Origin: Chiloscyllium plagiosum
Taxonomy: Eukaryota
Assembly: GCF_004010195.1 (NCBI RefSeq)
Contig: NC_057718.1
Span: 39,415,143 to 39,473,663 of the forward strand
Direction of reading: 5' to 3'
DNA length: 58,521 nucleotides
Numbering within the stretch: the stretch's first letter is position 1; each line of letters opens with the position of its first letter. The notes beneath the pieces are model-generated. The model was not told where the DNA came from, did no database searches, and saw nothing but the letters and a program-made list of their open reading frames with translations. Positions 27,401-39,790 of this stretch are shown piece by piece. A program made the position numbers and the translations under genes.

Positions 27401-29719
27401 TGCACAAAGGCTGCATTGTTTGATTTATTTTATATTCACTGAAGGTCCCTTCCAGTTAGAATGGATATCAGCCATAATGGACAAATCAAGTTAACAATGT
27501 GTTTCTGAAGAAGATTATTTCCATGTGAAGCAAACCTTAAAGTCAATGCTAACTTTGAGCCAGAATCTCGTTACTTTTATTAAACTGAAGTATAAAATAA
27601 ACATGCAATCTCAATGCCTTGAGTTGTCAATTTCTTCTAAATTGCCTGCACATGCTGCAAGTAAGTCCTAAAAAAATACAACTACTGTCTGTACTGGCCA
27701 TAAGCAGTCAATGGGTGCTTATCCTAAATTGCTGTTTCAGGTGTCAGTGATAATACTGTAGTGCTCCAGCTACACTGTGTTCAAGCACCCTCTGCTGTCT
27801 TCATTTGAAGCAGCCTCTGTTAGATGTAAATGTGAGCAAAGAAAATACCACATTGTTGTATATGCAGAGGTCTGTTGCACCTTTTTTTCTGTTTTATTTC
27901 AAACTGAATCAGACAGTTAATTCCTGGTGAGTCTGTGTGTTTGTGGTGTACAAAACCTTTTATACTACTATAAGCTTCACTGAGATGGCCAACATGCATG
28001 CCCAACACATGAGCAACCCTAATTTGTGATGAAGCAAAATGGAGTTGATTCATTCAGGAAGGCACCAAATATATCAAGAAAATTAATTTAGAAAGCACAG
28101 GAGCCAAATTGTGGCATTAGAGGCAAAACACAAACTTCAAACAACCTTTCTAACCAACTGTTAAGATTCCCCAAAGGTGGCAGAGTCTGCAGATTGTACA
28201 TTGAACTTATGAGCCAAATCAGAACTCAGTGTACCAGAATGGAAATAAGTCATCTTTGATCCATGAGTCTGGAGATACAAATCTTGAGGGTCATTCTCAT
28301 TGTTACATGCTGTTAAACTCAGGCCCAAGCACTATACTTAACTACTTCTAAATAGTGCATTGGGTAAGATGTCTCTGGTACTGCTGTATTCAGTGCAGTA
28401 CCAGCCAATATGGTAAGAATATCCAAAAGGTGACATGGATGAGATTTGGTAAAATAAAATATGTTAAGCAATACATAGATACCTTTGCTGGCAAACTGTT
28501 GACCCCTGATCTTTTAAATTATGTTTATGTGCATTTTTCTTTAAAACTGAAAGTGAACTTTAAAATTGAAAGTGAATTACAGATGTGAAATATACTTAGG
28601 TTTTCAGTATAGTTACAAGTCTCAGTAATTGTTGACAATGCAAGCTGCACTAACAATTCACGTAAATTTGAAGTTGCCCAGCAGAAGTGGGTAGAAAATC
28701 AATCAAAACCCAATAATGCCAGATCACAACTTCGATATTTATAAAATTTTTTCACCCTTTCTCTCATTTCCACAGTCCAGGATCATCAACAGCATGTAAT
28801 TATATCACTTTGTGTCCAAAGCCATGGAAAAGATGTTGATCTAAGCAATAAATAAGTGATAAATATAACCTGATTTTGGCTTAAGTAACTTATTATTACA
28901 TCTTTCTCATTCACTTCAGTGATGGCAACCTACAAGATCACCTCACTGAATCCAGGTTCTCATCTTTCCCATTTGATCCAAATTAATTTTCATAGTTCCA
29001 TGCTAATATTTCTTATTACTTTTAACCAGTTTGTGTCTGAGTAAATCAAAATAATAAATTTATTGATCCTGTGCTACCAGTGGTGTGGCCAATCTGAGAT
29101 ACAACTCTGGAGCCTAGACTTTTCAGCCTGTGCATTCAGTAAATTGTCCTGATGTTTCATGTTGGATATATCTGAGGCATCCTTTGGCTTGAATGAACAT
29201 TGAGCAGGTACCGGGACACAACAAGCCTACCACCTGCCTGAAGTAAGAAACTGGAACCAGTTTTGTGATTGGTCTTCATTCAGATTCTTTAAGTAAACTG
29301 CTAGAACTGAAATAAATATTGAGAAATATCTGAGCAGGACAGGATATAGAGCACTGCATTACCGTGCTGTACATCTCTATGACTCTAACAGAAAATGTTA
29401 GACATACTTGGCAGCATCGTTGGAGAGAGAAACTTACTAAGTTGTCTGAATTTAACAGAAGGGAAGAATCCCCATATCCAGATCTAATTGGTGTCATATG
29501 GCCCATGTGGGAGGGCAATGGAGCAGGAAATGAGATTTTGACCTCAGTATCCAGTTAACAGCCAGCAGTCTTGGAAGCCAGCTAATAATAAATGAAATGG
29601 GGAGGAAGCCCAGTTGATGAAGTGAAGGTGCCACATTTAAAAGGGTGACAGTACTCAGATCAAATATTGAGATGACTGCATGGTCGGCTGCATAACAACT
29701 TGCTGCATCTCAAAGAACT

Positions 29720-29875
29720 GTAGTTCCCAGGTTTAATGATGCCTCTTAGGAGATGATTTCCAGGTAACAACTGCACATAGAGAGGTGTTCTTCCCAGTCA
29801 ATGGGAGAAAGAGGTCAAAAAGCCTCCTCAAGAAAACATGATTGGAGATCAGAGGAAATTGACAGTCAGGAGCCG
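29720..29875 (+). mobile_element. Decayed Myb/SANT-like Harbinger accessory ORF fragment
   Basis: Translates, with stops and frameshifts, to PRFNDAS*EM...AHREVFFPVNGRKRSKSLLKKT*LEI, which resembles the N-terminus of a Myb/SANT trihelix. Confidence 0.45.
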
Positions 29876-30254
29876 GGGAGATTACTAGCTCCTTTATAAA
29901 TGTCTTGCTGATAATTGCTAATATTGAACATTGGCAGAAGAAATCTTAAGAGAATGAATGGTAGTGGAAGGTGTTGGACAAAAATTTAGCAGCATCTTTA
30001 CAGTCCAAAAAGGATCTTACATCAGCAGAATAAAGGCATAGATTGCTGTGCTGAACTTTTCAAGGAAAACAGGATTTTTATCTTAGGGAACATTAGACCA
30101 TTCATTTCAACACTGCCTGATTCATCAATCAAAGTCGCTGTCTAGTAAAAAGCAATGGACACAATGGGGAGTGAGTACAGTTGATGTGAACATGTCTCAG
30201 CAGGCTTTCCATCTTCCACCTTTATAAATTTAAATTCATTCAAAGTTCTTTTGC

Positions 30255-30660
30255 CTGATCCTGTGTTTTCACCCCATGTTCACTGGCCTTGACTTCTGAA
30301 TGAGAAAAACCCTGTTTTTAAAATTCTCATCCTTGAATGCAGTCCTTCCATGGCCTCTCACAATTCCTGAACTTCCTCCAACTCCACAATACTCTGAAAT
30401 ATCAGTGGTCTTCTAATTCTAGCCTCTCAAAAATCCCAATTTCATTATTCCATCATTGATGGCCAAACCTTCACATGTGAAAGAATTAAGCTCTGTAATT
30501 TCCTGTCTCGACATCTCTTCATTTCTTTCAAATATGCATTAACTCTACTCTTTCGACCAAGCTATAGGCTATCTTTCCCAACATTTCCTTATGTGGCTCA
30601 ACGTTAAATTTGGTTGACACTGTTGCTGTGAGCTTTGGTACAATATTAAAGTTGTTACAT
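30255..30660 (+). mobile_element. L2 LINE 3' end
   Basis: tttaaaattctcatccttg...ccttccatggcctc...taagctctgtaatt...ctttcgaccaagct...ccttatgtggctc; typical of an L2 3' region. Confidence 0.6.
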
Positions 30661-31124
30661 AATTGTCAGTTGTTGTTTTTGTACACAAACAGTACATTTC
30701 CTCATTCTGTTCTCGTAGGTTAAGCCTACTTCCGAACAGAAAAAGAAAATCTGAAGTAATCAGGATATTCAATAATAATAATCAATAAGTAGAACAGAAT
30801 ACACACTTCAGGATCATGAAATAAATGCAGACTGTAAAGCCATTCTGTAATGTGCTGCATAGATTGGTTCAATTGTTCATCATCAACATAACAGATAGTC
30901 ATTTACAACTTGAAGCAAAATTTGTACTCTCAGTTTGTCTTCTGTGTTTTTTGCGCTCTATAGAAATGATTGAATACCCAGAGAGCCTTAAGTTTACTTC
31001 TTCATTTGGAAATAATCATTGTCAGTATGACTCAGCAGGCCATGCTCCCCTATCATTGTCTTTGAACGTGAATGCACTGGGTGGAGTAAGATGGAAATTT
31101 ACTGCAATGGCTGATTCCTGGACA

Positions 31125-31549
31125 AAGTTAAAAATCACACAACACCAGGTTATAGTCCAACAGGTTTAGTTGGAAGCACACTAGCTTTCGGAGCGACGCT
31201 CCTTCATCAGGTGATTGTGGAGGGCTCGATCATAACACAGAATTTATAGCAAAAATTGGCAGTGTGATGTAACTGAAATTATACATTGAAAAATTGATTG
31301 TCTGTTAAGCTTTGTTAAGTCTGTTAAGGCTTAACAGACAATCAATTTTTCAATGTATAATTTCAGTTACATCACGCTGCAAATTTTTGCTATAAATTCT
31401 GTGCACAATCGAGCCCTCCACAATCACCTGATGAAGGAGCGTCGCTCCGAAAGCTAGTGTGCTTCCAATTAAACCTGTTGGACTATAACCTGGTGTTGTG
31501 TGATTTTTAACTTTGTACACCCCAGTCCAACACCGGCATCTCCAAATCA
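31125..31549 (+). mobile_element. Family B fold-back hammerhead element (~190-bp inverted arms, two opposed hammerheads), 13-bp TSD
   Basis: TSD tgattcctggaca at 31112-31124 and 31550-31562; arms ~31122-31310 and 31329-31515; unpaired 3' tail to 31549. Confidence 0.9.
31425..31459 (+). ncRNA. Intact minimal type I hammerhead ribozyme motif (identical copies at 31179-31213 minus, 32391-32425 plus, 53536-53570 plus)
   Basis: CAC-CUGAUGA-A-GGAGC-GUC-GCUCC-GAAA-GC-UA-GUG: full core, 5-bp stem II, palindromic AGCU stem III and CAC/GUG stem I. Confidence 0.85.
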
Positions 31550-32219
31550 TGATTCCTGGACAGCAGCAAAGACTGGTCAAGGAAAATCTGATGGAAGAAG
31601 CAAGTTTAGTTGGGAGTGTATGATGGGCATGCTCCAATCAGCAGACTATTATATGCCATCTCCAGGCTTTCAATTTTTGTAGTTGTCTCTTTGCTTCTCC
31701 ATCACTCTATATTTTTTCAAAAAAAAATTCATAAGGCAGAAGAAAAGATTCTCGCACCTAATTAGACAGTTCCAGAATGCACTTGATATAATCACTAATA
31801 TCATCATTGAATCTGACATATATACATGATGGACTTCTTCTAGTTTCCAATCATAACTTTTGCATGTTCACCTTCCTATTATGTTTTATGTTTACATTGG
31901 TTCAATAATCCTACTTCAGCATATTTTTCCACAACACATTAAATCATCAAACTCTATAACTCCATTAGGTTTCTGTTCTTCCTATGAATCCAAAAGCTTT
32001 TAAAACCCAAACTTGGCAGCACATATTCCTACTTGATTTATCTTGATTTATTTCCTACATTGTTGAAACTTCCTGGTACCCTATGTTATGGGTTTGATCA
32101 TTCATCTTAGTTTATGAATCATGAAATCCACATTAAGTTTATCACATTATATAAAACTGTAGCTAGGAATAGCCTTTCACGGTATTTATTATAAATCATT
32201 GTAGATTGACAAAAGATGT

Positions 32220-32600
32220 GGAATTTGCTTTTAGGTAATTTTCATGGCCTAAGACATCCTAAAATGTTTGACAACCAATGATATTTGATTCGGAGATGCC
32301 GGTGTTGGACTGGGGTTTACAAAGTTAAAAATCACACAACACCAGGTTATAGTCCAACAGGTTTAATTGGAAGCACACTAGCTTTCCAATCACCTGATGA
32401 AGGAGCGTCGCTCCGAAAGCTAGTGTGCTTCCAATTAAACCTGTTGGACTATAAACTGGTGTTGTGTGATTTTTAACTAATGATATTTGAAGTTAGCAGT
32501 CAATTTGCATACCTCAGCATTTCCTAAATAGCAGTGAGATAGAAGACTAATTAATCTGTATTACTAATGTTGTTTGAAGGATAACTTTTTTGGGACACTT
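32220..32600 (-). mobile_element. Old Deu-domain SINE 3' part, interrupted by a family B element
   Basis: Reverse-complement similarity to the 3' half of 54500-54965. Confidence 0.45.
32289..32478 (-). mobile_element. Family B fold-back hammerhead element, 12-bp TSD
   Basis: TSD aatgatatttga at 32277-32288 and 32479-32490; junction tagctttc|caatcacctgatga. Confidence 0.9.
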
Positions 32601-32823
32601 AATAATCATAGTTTATCATTAAGTTATAATTTTGTTTTACTTCTTACTTCTACATTTATTTGTTGTCATTAGTTTATTCAATCTTATGCAAAATTGTAAT
32701 TGACCTCCATTTACAGAAACAACAATACCTATTTTCTGATCAACCTGTTCAGGAATACTATTACTATCACTGAAAGCCGGTATGACTTGAACCTTGGTGT
32801 TTTGTCATGGTTCTTGTGCTAAT

Positions 32824-32911
32824 GTGCCATCTGCTGGCTGCTTGAAATGACAGAAAAAGGGAGAAATACCTAATGTTGACGTCAGGCATATTAAATATTG
32901 CCACCTAGTGG
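32824..32911 (-). promoter_or_regulatory. Two co-oriented CTCF-like core motifs flanking a palindromic CRE
   Basis: Minus CCAGCAGATGGCAC (32824-32837) and CCACTAGGTGGCAA (32898-32911), with TGACGTCA at 32877-32884. Motif match only. Confidence 0.5.
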
Positions 32912-33099
32912 GTTTTAGCTAAATTGCACTTAATATGCATAACTAGCTCCAAAAACATACAACACGGCCAACTATTTATGCTTGCATTTTGGATATACAG
33001 TAGTTCCCCTTTTAGTGGTGCTCAAAGTTTTTGAAAAAGCCAAAGAGTTCAATATTTCAGGCTGCATAATTTGGTGTTTTCATATTTCTGTTATTATAT

Positions 33100-33800
33100 T
33101 GGTTTGAGCAAGTGCCAAGGTAAACCATGTTAGCCTTAACAAGTTTATTTTTTTGCAAAGTTAACTCTAAGGTTTGCCCTTTTCAGATCCTGGAACACTG
33201 CCTCTGGGTGGTCTAAATGGTCACTCCAAGTGTTACAATGAATTATTAAATCATCCAGGTAGTCTGCAAATTGCTGAGTCCAGTTTTATCTGTACTTGTC
33301 ATTCGTTGATAGGTTGCTGGGGCCTTTTTAAAGCCAAAGGACATGACCTTACATTGGCATGGGTCATCCATGATAAGAAAGCCTGAGATTTCTCTCATTT
33401 TGAGGGTCAAGGGGACTTGCTAGTTCTTGTTTCTGGAGTTGAATTTGCTGAGATAAGCCAAGAGACCCATTTTGTCTACAAAATCTTCAGTACACAGAAT
33501 TGGATAGAAGTTGTTCTAGTCACTGGATTTAGCTTTCAGTAACAAAGGTGGAGCTATCTTAATTCATCTGCTTCAGGATCAGTACAATGGCGGAGTCCAG
33601 TTCTGTCTCGGCTCAATATACTGATGCCCAGCACGTGCTGTTTCCTGCCTAGTTTGTCAGGGCTCAGCTGGTAGGGATTCAGACATAGCAGCAGGGGTTC
33701 TCTCACGTTCACATCATGCAATTTTAGTGGAGTACACCCAGATGATCTCTGCGGCTTTCTTTAGATCTCTTGAGCAGGATGGCCACAATCTCGCATTATT
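33100..33800 (-). mobile_element. Decayed Ty3/Gypsy reverse transcriptase remnant (may extend to ~35000)
   Basis: Minus-strand pieces QVPLTLKMREISGF, KVMSFGFKKAPATYQRM and YLDDLIIHCNTWSDHLDH..AVFQDLKRANLRVNFAK. Confidence 0.75.
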
Positions 33801-34569
33801 CTTTGGTCAGGGGGGTTAGCTGGGCATTTGAGTCTTTCACAATTCCAATGTTTGCGTGTTGGGTGTTAAACTGGGAGATCTTCCAATCTCTACTTCTAAA
33901 TTGACTCCTACTGGCTGTCCTTAGGTAAGTCCATGCTCTGGCAAATACACACTAGTTGACTGGGCTTTGTGCCCAATTCTATGCCATTTATACCTGAACT
34001 CCACTTGTACCAATTACAGATGCAATGAAACTTCAAGGATATTGAGTTTCCCTGTTCTGTTACTTTGGGTGAGATTGATATCCTACCTGTCCATATCTAT
34101 AGGAACATACTACGCGCAGATGGTAGTGCGGTTTCTGCAGACTGTCCTGTTGCTGGTTAGATTGATATCCTACCTGTCCAGGTCTGTACGAACACTACTG
34201 TACACAGATAGTGGTGCAGCTTCTGCGGACTGCACTGTTGCTGTTCAGCAGGCTGAGAAATTGCTCTATCTGCATGTCTATTTGGGAACTTCCCTGGTCT
34301 CCCTTTAAATTCAGAAAGGTGGCACTGGCTATCCAGACCTCCTTGCTCATCCAAAAGAGTACAAACTTGTTTTGTTTTAAAGTTTCCTGCTAAGCCTTGG
34401 ATGCTTCTATATGGCTTCTTTATCCTGGAAAGAAGCATTCTGTTGGCCACATTAAGGTTGTGCCTCTTTCACCTTCTCCTACTTCTATTTCAGCTGCTTT
34501 CTGGCTTTTTCTTGTAATTGTGCAGATTGGTTTTCGACACCTGGGAAGTATTAGCAGCACTTGAACTTT

Positions 34570-34752
34570 GGGGTTGGTTCGCTCAGTTGACGTGATGGTT
34601 GGTTTGGGCTCAATTTGCTCAACAGCTGAGATTGCCATGAAGGTCAACCTTGCCCCTCGCCTGAGGCATGGTAATCCTCAAGTTAAACCACAACCTCTCT
34701 AATGAGAGAGTAACGCTATGGTCCTCTGGGACTATGATGTCATTACATTACT
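34570..34752 (+). mobile_element. tRNA-derived SINE (other copies on minus at ~42882-43078 and ~52495-52685)
   Basis: Head ggttggttcgctcagttg and core cctgagg(c/t)(a/g)tggt..cctca(a/g)g(t/g)taa shared by the three copies. Confidence 0.65.
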
Positions 34753-35149
34753 TGTTTAAGAGGTAACAATTACTATAGGAATGGCCAGCACCATTCTGTC
34801 CCATGTACTGTATTATGGGACACCCTGGCTCAGAGTTTGCTGACTGGCTCACTAGCTCCTGCCACTCAACTTTGTGGCTGTTTGGTTTTGACAGGTGTCA
34901 TAATCACTAACTATGCATCTGCATCTATCCTGATCTCCACCTAATTCAGTCAGAAATGTGTTTACCAATTCTATTAGTGGTTCACTCCCTGCATCTGTTT
35001 TAAACTCTATGAGGTTAATGATGCCTTTGTGATCTCTTTAATTTTTCTGGCCTGATCGCAGCCCTTTTAAACCCAAGCCTCTTCCTCTGAACTACCCCAA
35101 CCTTCATAGGTGCTTCTGCCCCATGAGGACCTTCTGAAATCCTGCAAAA

Positions 35150-38100
35150 ATTCGTTGAAATTGTTCATCCTACACAGCCCCTTGTTGCTGATGTAAATTT
35201 AAAACGATAAAGAGCCAACACAAGTCTCTTACTCCACTGTTCACGTTTTCTGTTGTTATTCATTCAGTTTTTGTGAAGCATAACTGATAGGCTTTTTGAT
35301 CCCTATTTAATCTTCTTGCAGTAAAATGGAACCCACACCAATGATATCGACCCCTAATTTGAACAGCACCTCATAATTTGGTGCTGTTAAAAGCAGTGTA
35401 GTAGGCAGCACAGCTTGCAAGTTATCAAAGACACTGTGATATTCCTTTTGTCTATTCAAATTTTTACCTCATTTTAACAAACTTGTCAAAGGGGACACAA
35501 CGTTCTGAACTTCAGACCAAAACTCTGATAAAACTCTCTTATGTCAATGTATTGCACAGTATTGCATTTTGTCCTAAGTACAAGAAAATCCAAACTAGCC
35601 CTTATTTCCCTTCCGTAAATGTTCCTTGGCCTTGTCCCACAGTGGAGCCTAAATAATCACTTTTGTTTTGGAAAATTCACCTCCTATTTGTAACCAAATT
35701 GACTTTTTGTAACCAATCAAACAACTAATTAAAGTAGTGTTGATGTCCTTCCCAGGTTTGGCTGGATATAACTAAATCATTGAGAGAAACCATAGTTACA
35801 TAGTTCCTTAATTATTTTATTGCTTGATTGTTAGGACTTTGCCAATGAAAATTTTCATTCCAAAAGGCCTAAATTTGTATTGATAAAGTCTGTCCACTGT
35901 TACACAAGCTAATATTTCTCTGGATCTATCAGTCAATGGAATTTGCCAATACCTGTTCAGCAAGTCAATTTTGGTGATGAATTGTGAGTATCCAATCCTA
36001 CAACGTGGTTTTCCAAAACTGAAATGGACTATGCGTCCACTTTGGTTACTGCTTTGATTTTGTGATAACCAGTACAGAATTTGTAACCATCAGTTTCAAT
36101 GCCATCATGAGAGATGAGCTCTGGCTACTATAACTCAGTTCAATATCATTGTCCATAATAAACACAATCTCTTTCCTCATTTGAACTAATTTCTCTGGAT
36201 TGAGCCTGCAAAGTTGTTCCTTTATCAGGAACACATGACCAAAATTATTAGCATTAATATCCAAAGAAGTTTTTTTTCCTGCCCTAGTATTCAAAGTGAT
36301 GGATGAGTCTGTATTAGCCTTTGTAAGTCACTTCTGTAGCCTTCTCAATGATAAAATGTCATGCTATCGGACATTTTAAGCACTTCTGTATTGTCTAACC
36401 TAGTTTCTAGTAGCTCAACATTTAAATTTTCAATTTCTGACTCATTCACTAATTGTATTGATATTTTCATTTCACTCGCTATTTCTTTCTCAGCTGCAAA
36501 TACACTTTTCTCCTGACTATGTCCCGACCACAATATCTCTTTATCATATTGACTCATTGACTTTTCCTGCTGTCTGGAGTACTCACGACGTATGTTACAT
36601 CGTTGAATTTCTTTTTGATTTGATATGGTCCGGTGGACCTTGCTTTTCCAGAGACAGGTAATAATATTTTTGGCCTTTTTGGCCCACTTTCGCTTTTTAA
36701 TCTGTTCTAATTTTCATTGTTTATTGAGCACTCTCTGAATGTTTTTTCAACAATCCACCTTTTAAAAATATGAAACATAAGCTGAAAGCATAGTGTCTGA
36801 GTTTGTGATTATGAATTTTTCATAATCAATTTAACTGGTCCTTTCATGTCAAATCCATATATCAGTTCAAAAGGATTGAATCTGTGGGATGTTCCCAATG
36901 GCAATCAGTAACAAGGAATTCCTTCATCCCAAACATCAGGACATTCTTGACAACAAGCTCTAATCATGTTCTTCAAAGTTTGTGGCTATTTTTCTAATGC
37001 ACCTTGAGAATGTGGGCAATTATCCCTCTGTTTTGTTTTTGGTGTACAGATCTCTGAAACCAGGTCTCATCATGCATGGAATGTCGAAGTTGTTATGCAG
37101 CCACATAGCCACACAACTTAGAGGAAAAATGTTGTGGGCAATAAATAGAAAATACAAATTGCTTTATTCCTAAACTATTCATCATATCTTTGAGTATTTG
37201 TGACATAAAATTTGAGACTGGATCTGATTTAATTTCTTTGGATAATTCATACCTTGTAAAAAAAACTGAATTTACGTTTCCAGTATAATTTTTCCCGCAG
37301 GTACTGCTTCAGGAAATCATGTTGAAACATCAAATTTGTTAAAAGATATTGATTCTAATTTCTGGTTTTGAGTGGAATTCAAACACAATCTAAGACCCTG
37401 CTAAATAGTTTATGAAAGATGATTTCAGAATTCAAGGTGCAGGTTTATTTGTTGACTGGGATTTCTGGCAAAATGTAACTACATCTCTGGGCAACCCAGG
37501 CCAATAAAATGTTTTTTGTATTTTAGTTTAGGTTTTTCTAGTATTGAAGAGGTTGCCAATGGAAATTCATTTGCCAATGGGATATCATAAGCCTATCATA
37601 AAACATTTTCACAATACTAAGGTGCAACTATCACATGACAGACTACTATTCATTTCTCATTGGCTGGTATTTGAGATAGTCCCTATTTCTTCATTAATAC
37701 CTTGTCTTTCAAGTAATAGCATACAGATATGGGTTCCAATTCAATTTCTGAGTAGACTGTTTAAAAGTACAACTTTTTCAGAAGAATCCATTTGTTGCTT
37801 TTCTACTAAAAATGGTCTCGTTTTGTCAACCACATTTCCTTTGTCTCCAGTCTTTTCTGTATATTTTTTAAGGATTGTAAGCAATAACTGAATTTCCAAA
37901 TACAGCTTCCTTCTCTTTTTCCTCACTAATTTCATGGGTCTCAGTTCTAACTACAACACAGTCAGGAAACAATCCAGGATGCTCCTCTTTTAGCATCTCA
38001 GTTTCTTTTATCTCTACTGATTGTTCCACCAGTCTCAGTGAAGCAAATATTTTTGCACCAGCTAGGTCATTTCCCAAGAAATAATTAATTCTTTCCATCG

Positions 38101-39790
38101 CAATTTGTTTCACTGTTCAAACTGCAAATTCTCTATCTGTTATTCAATTCTTTATAATGGGGCTGGTTTGTAATCTCCATGTTTATCTCCATTAATGTTT
38201 CCATCTTCAGTATACCTTCTGGAAGACAAATAGTATCATCAGCCAACGTTAGTGATTAACGTGCTGCGGTGTCTATCAATATCTTTATTGTGTATCTTTA
38301 CTGTCAATCATCTTTTCATGATTGAAGCATAAGGAAATACCTGCCCTCTTGAAATGCTCAGAACCTCCAGTGGTCAGAATCTTTTTATCAACAGTCAAAG
38401 AAGAATTTTTATGGCTCTCCCTTCTTACTACATTCTAAAGAAACAAGAGTTATTTGTATTATGCTACAGTCTTAATACCTATTTCTTTTGCTTGCAGTCA
38501 TTTTCCTGATTATTTATTAAATGTTTTTATTGCTGCAATCAATCTCCCATTTAAGCAATGGTTTTTGGTATGTCCAATCTTATTACAATAGAAGCATATT
38601 ATTTTCTTTACATCAGTTTTGGTTGTTGCCTTTATTACTTTGAAATCTTTCTGTTTGATCTCTAAACCTAGTTCTTGTTGCATTTGCAGATATTTATTCC
38701 TTAAATTTCTGCTAACTTCTAACCGTCTATGGGAAATATCAGAATTGCTGTTTCTCAGATCTATGATCCTTGATGGTCTTTTAAATAAGAATTTAGGTTT
38801 ACAGGAATGCTGTTTTGAATTCTTCCATGATCATAAATCTGAAAAACTTACTTTAATTTCAGTGATTGAAACCATGGATTCCACCACATTTCTTTTTCTC
38901 TCGCAAATTCCACAAAGGTCCGATAACATTTCTTTCTTGTCATTCTAAATTTTAATTAATAAGCTTCAAGGACAATCCGATAAGCATTGAGTGTTTGTTT
39001 TTTTTTAACAGTTTCATGACCTGAAGATTGTTCTTCTGATAAGCGTATCATGGTTATACCTGTCAAAACACTATGCAACAAAAAGGTTCAAACATCTTTG
39101 AGCAACTGTGTTACTTTTCGAATGAAGTAAAATATTTTTCAATTCCATCCTCATAAAATTTAGGCATTAACATAAATTTTTCTTTAAATTAAATCCCTCA
39201 TTGGAATCAGAGTCTTCCTCTGCCATTTTTTGTCCTTCTTTACCCAAGGCTTTTTTCTGGTCAATTCTTGTTGCCTAATTTCTCTATCTCATTTGAGTTC
39301 AAGCTTCTTCAAATTTATTTCCTTTTCTATTACTCTCAATTTTTCTCTTTCCTCCCCTGTCTATTTCAAGCTTTCTTTTTTGTAATTCTCTCTCATCTTT
39401 CCTTTTCCTCTTCAATTTCCTTTTCTCTCTATTTATTCTCTAACCCAAATTTATTTTTTAAATTCTTAACTGTATCATCTCAATTTCATTTTTCCCTTCT
39501 CTTAATTCTAAATGTTAGATTATCATTTACAGTATCTCTTCCTTACAAGTCCCTGCACTTAGTTCTATTTTCAATTTATCTGCAAATAATCTCAAATTAG
39601 TCTGAGTCAAAAGTTTCAAGTAAGTCACTTTTATGTCCTCTACTCCCAGAAAACTCTTCAGACGTTGTGAAGACTCCACCACAACATTCCTATGATATTT
39701 CCAACACCTACATGTGCCTATTTTTAAAGAAAACAGATAAATAACCCACTTAAATTCAATGAACTTAAATCCTGGTCAAAAGACCACACT
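35150..39790 (-). mobile_element. Decayed Gmr1-type Gypsy LTR retrotransposon, internal region (gag-PR-IN-RT-RH)
   Basis: Minus-strand order: Zn knuckle CFYCNKIGHTKNHC (~38555-38600), protease-like IDTAA (~38270), integrase KHFYWPGLPRDVVTFC (~37490), KEIKSDPVSNFMS and SQGALE..QTLKNMIR (~37240-36960), GPYQIKKK (~36630), RT FITKIDLLNRYWQIPLT (~35960), RNase H-like (~35200-35380). Confidence 0.8.

Noticed and set aside
31125..32478. CRISPR array, pre-miRNA or MITE interpretation of the palindromes
   Set aside because: There is no repeat-spacer periodicity and the context is vertebrate. Variable centres, a one-sided tail, variable 12-15 bp TSDs and a hammerhead fit Penelope-type retro-insertion rather than TIR transposons.
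39268..39600. 110-aa hydrophobic Phe/Leu/Ser-rich ORF
   Set aside because: It is the antisense of the purine-rich gag region of the Gypsy element.
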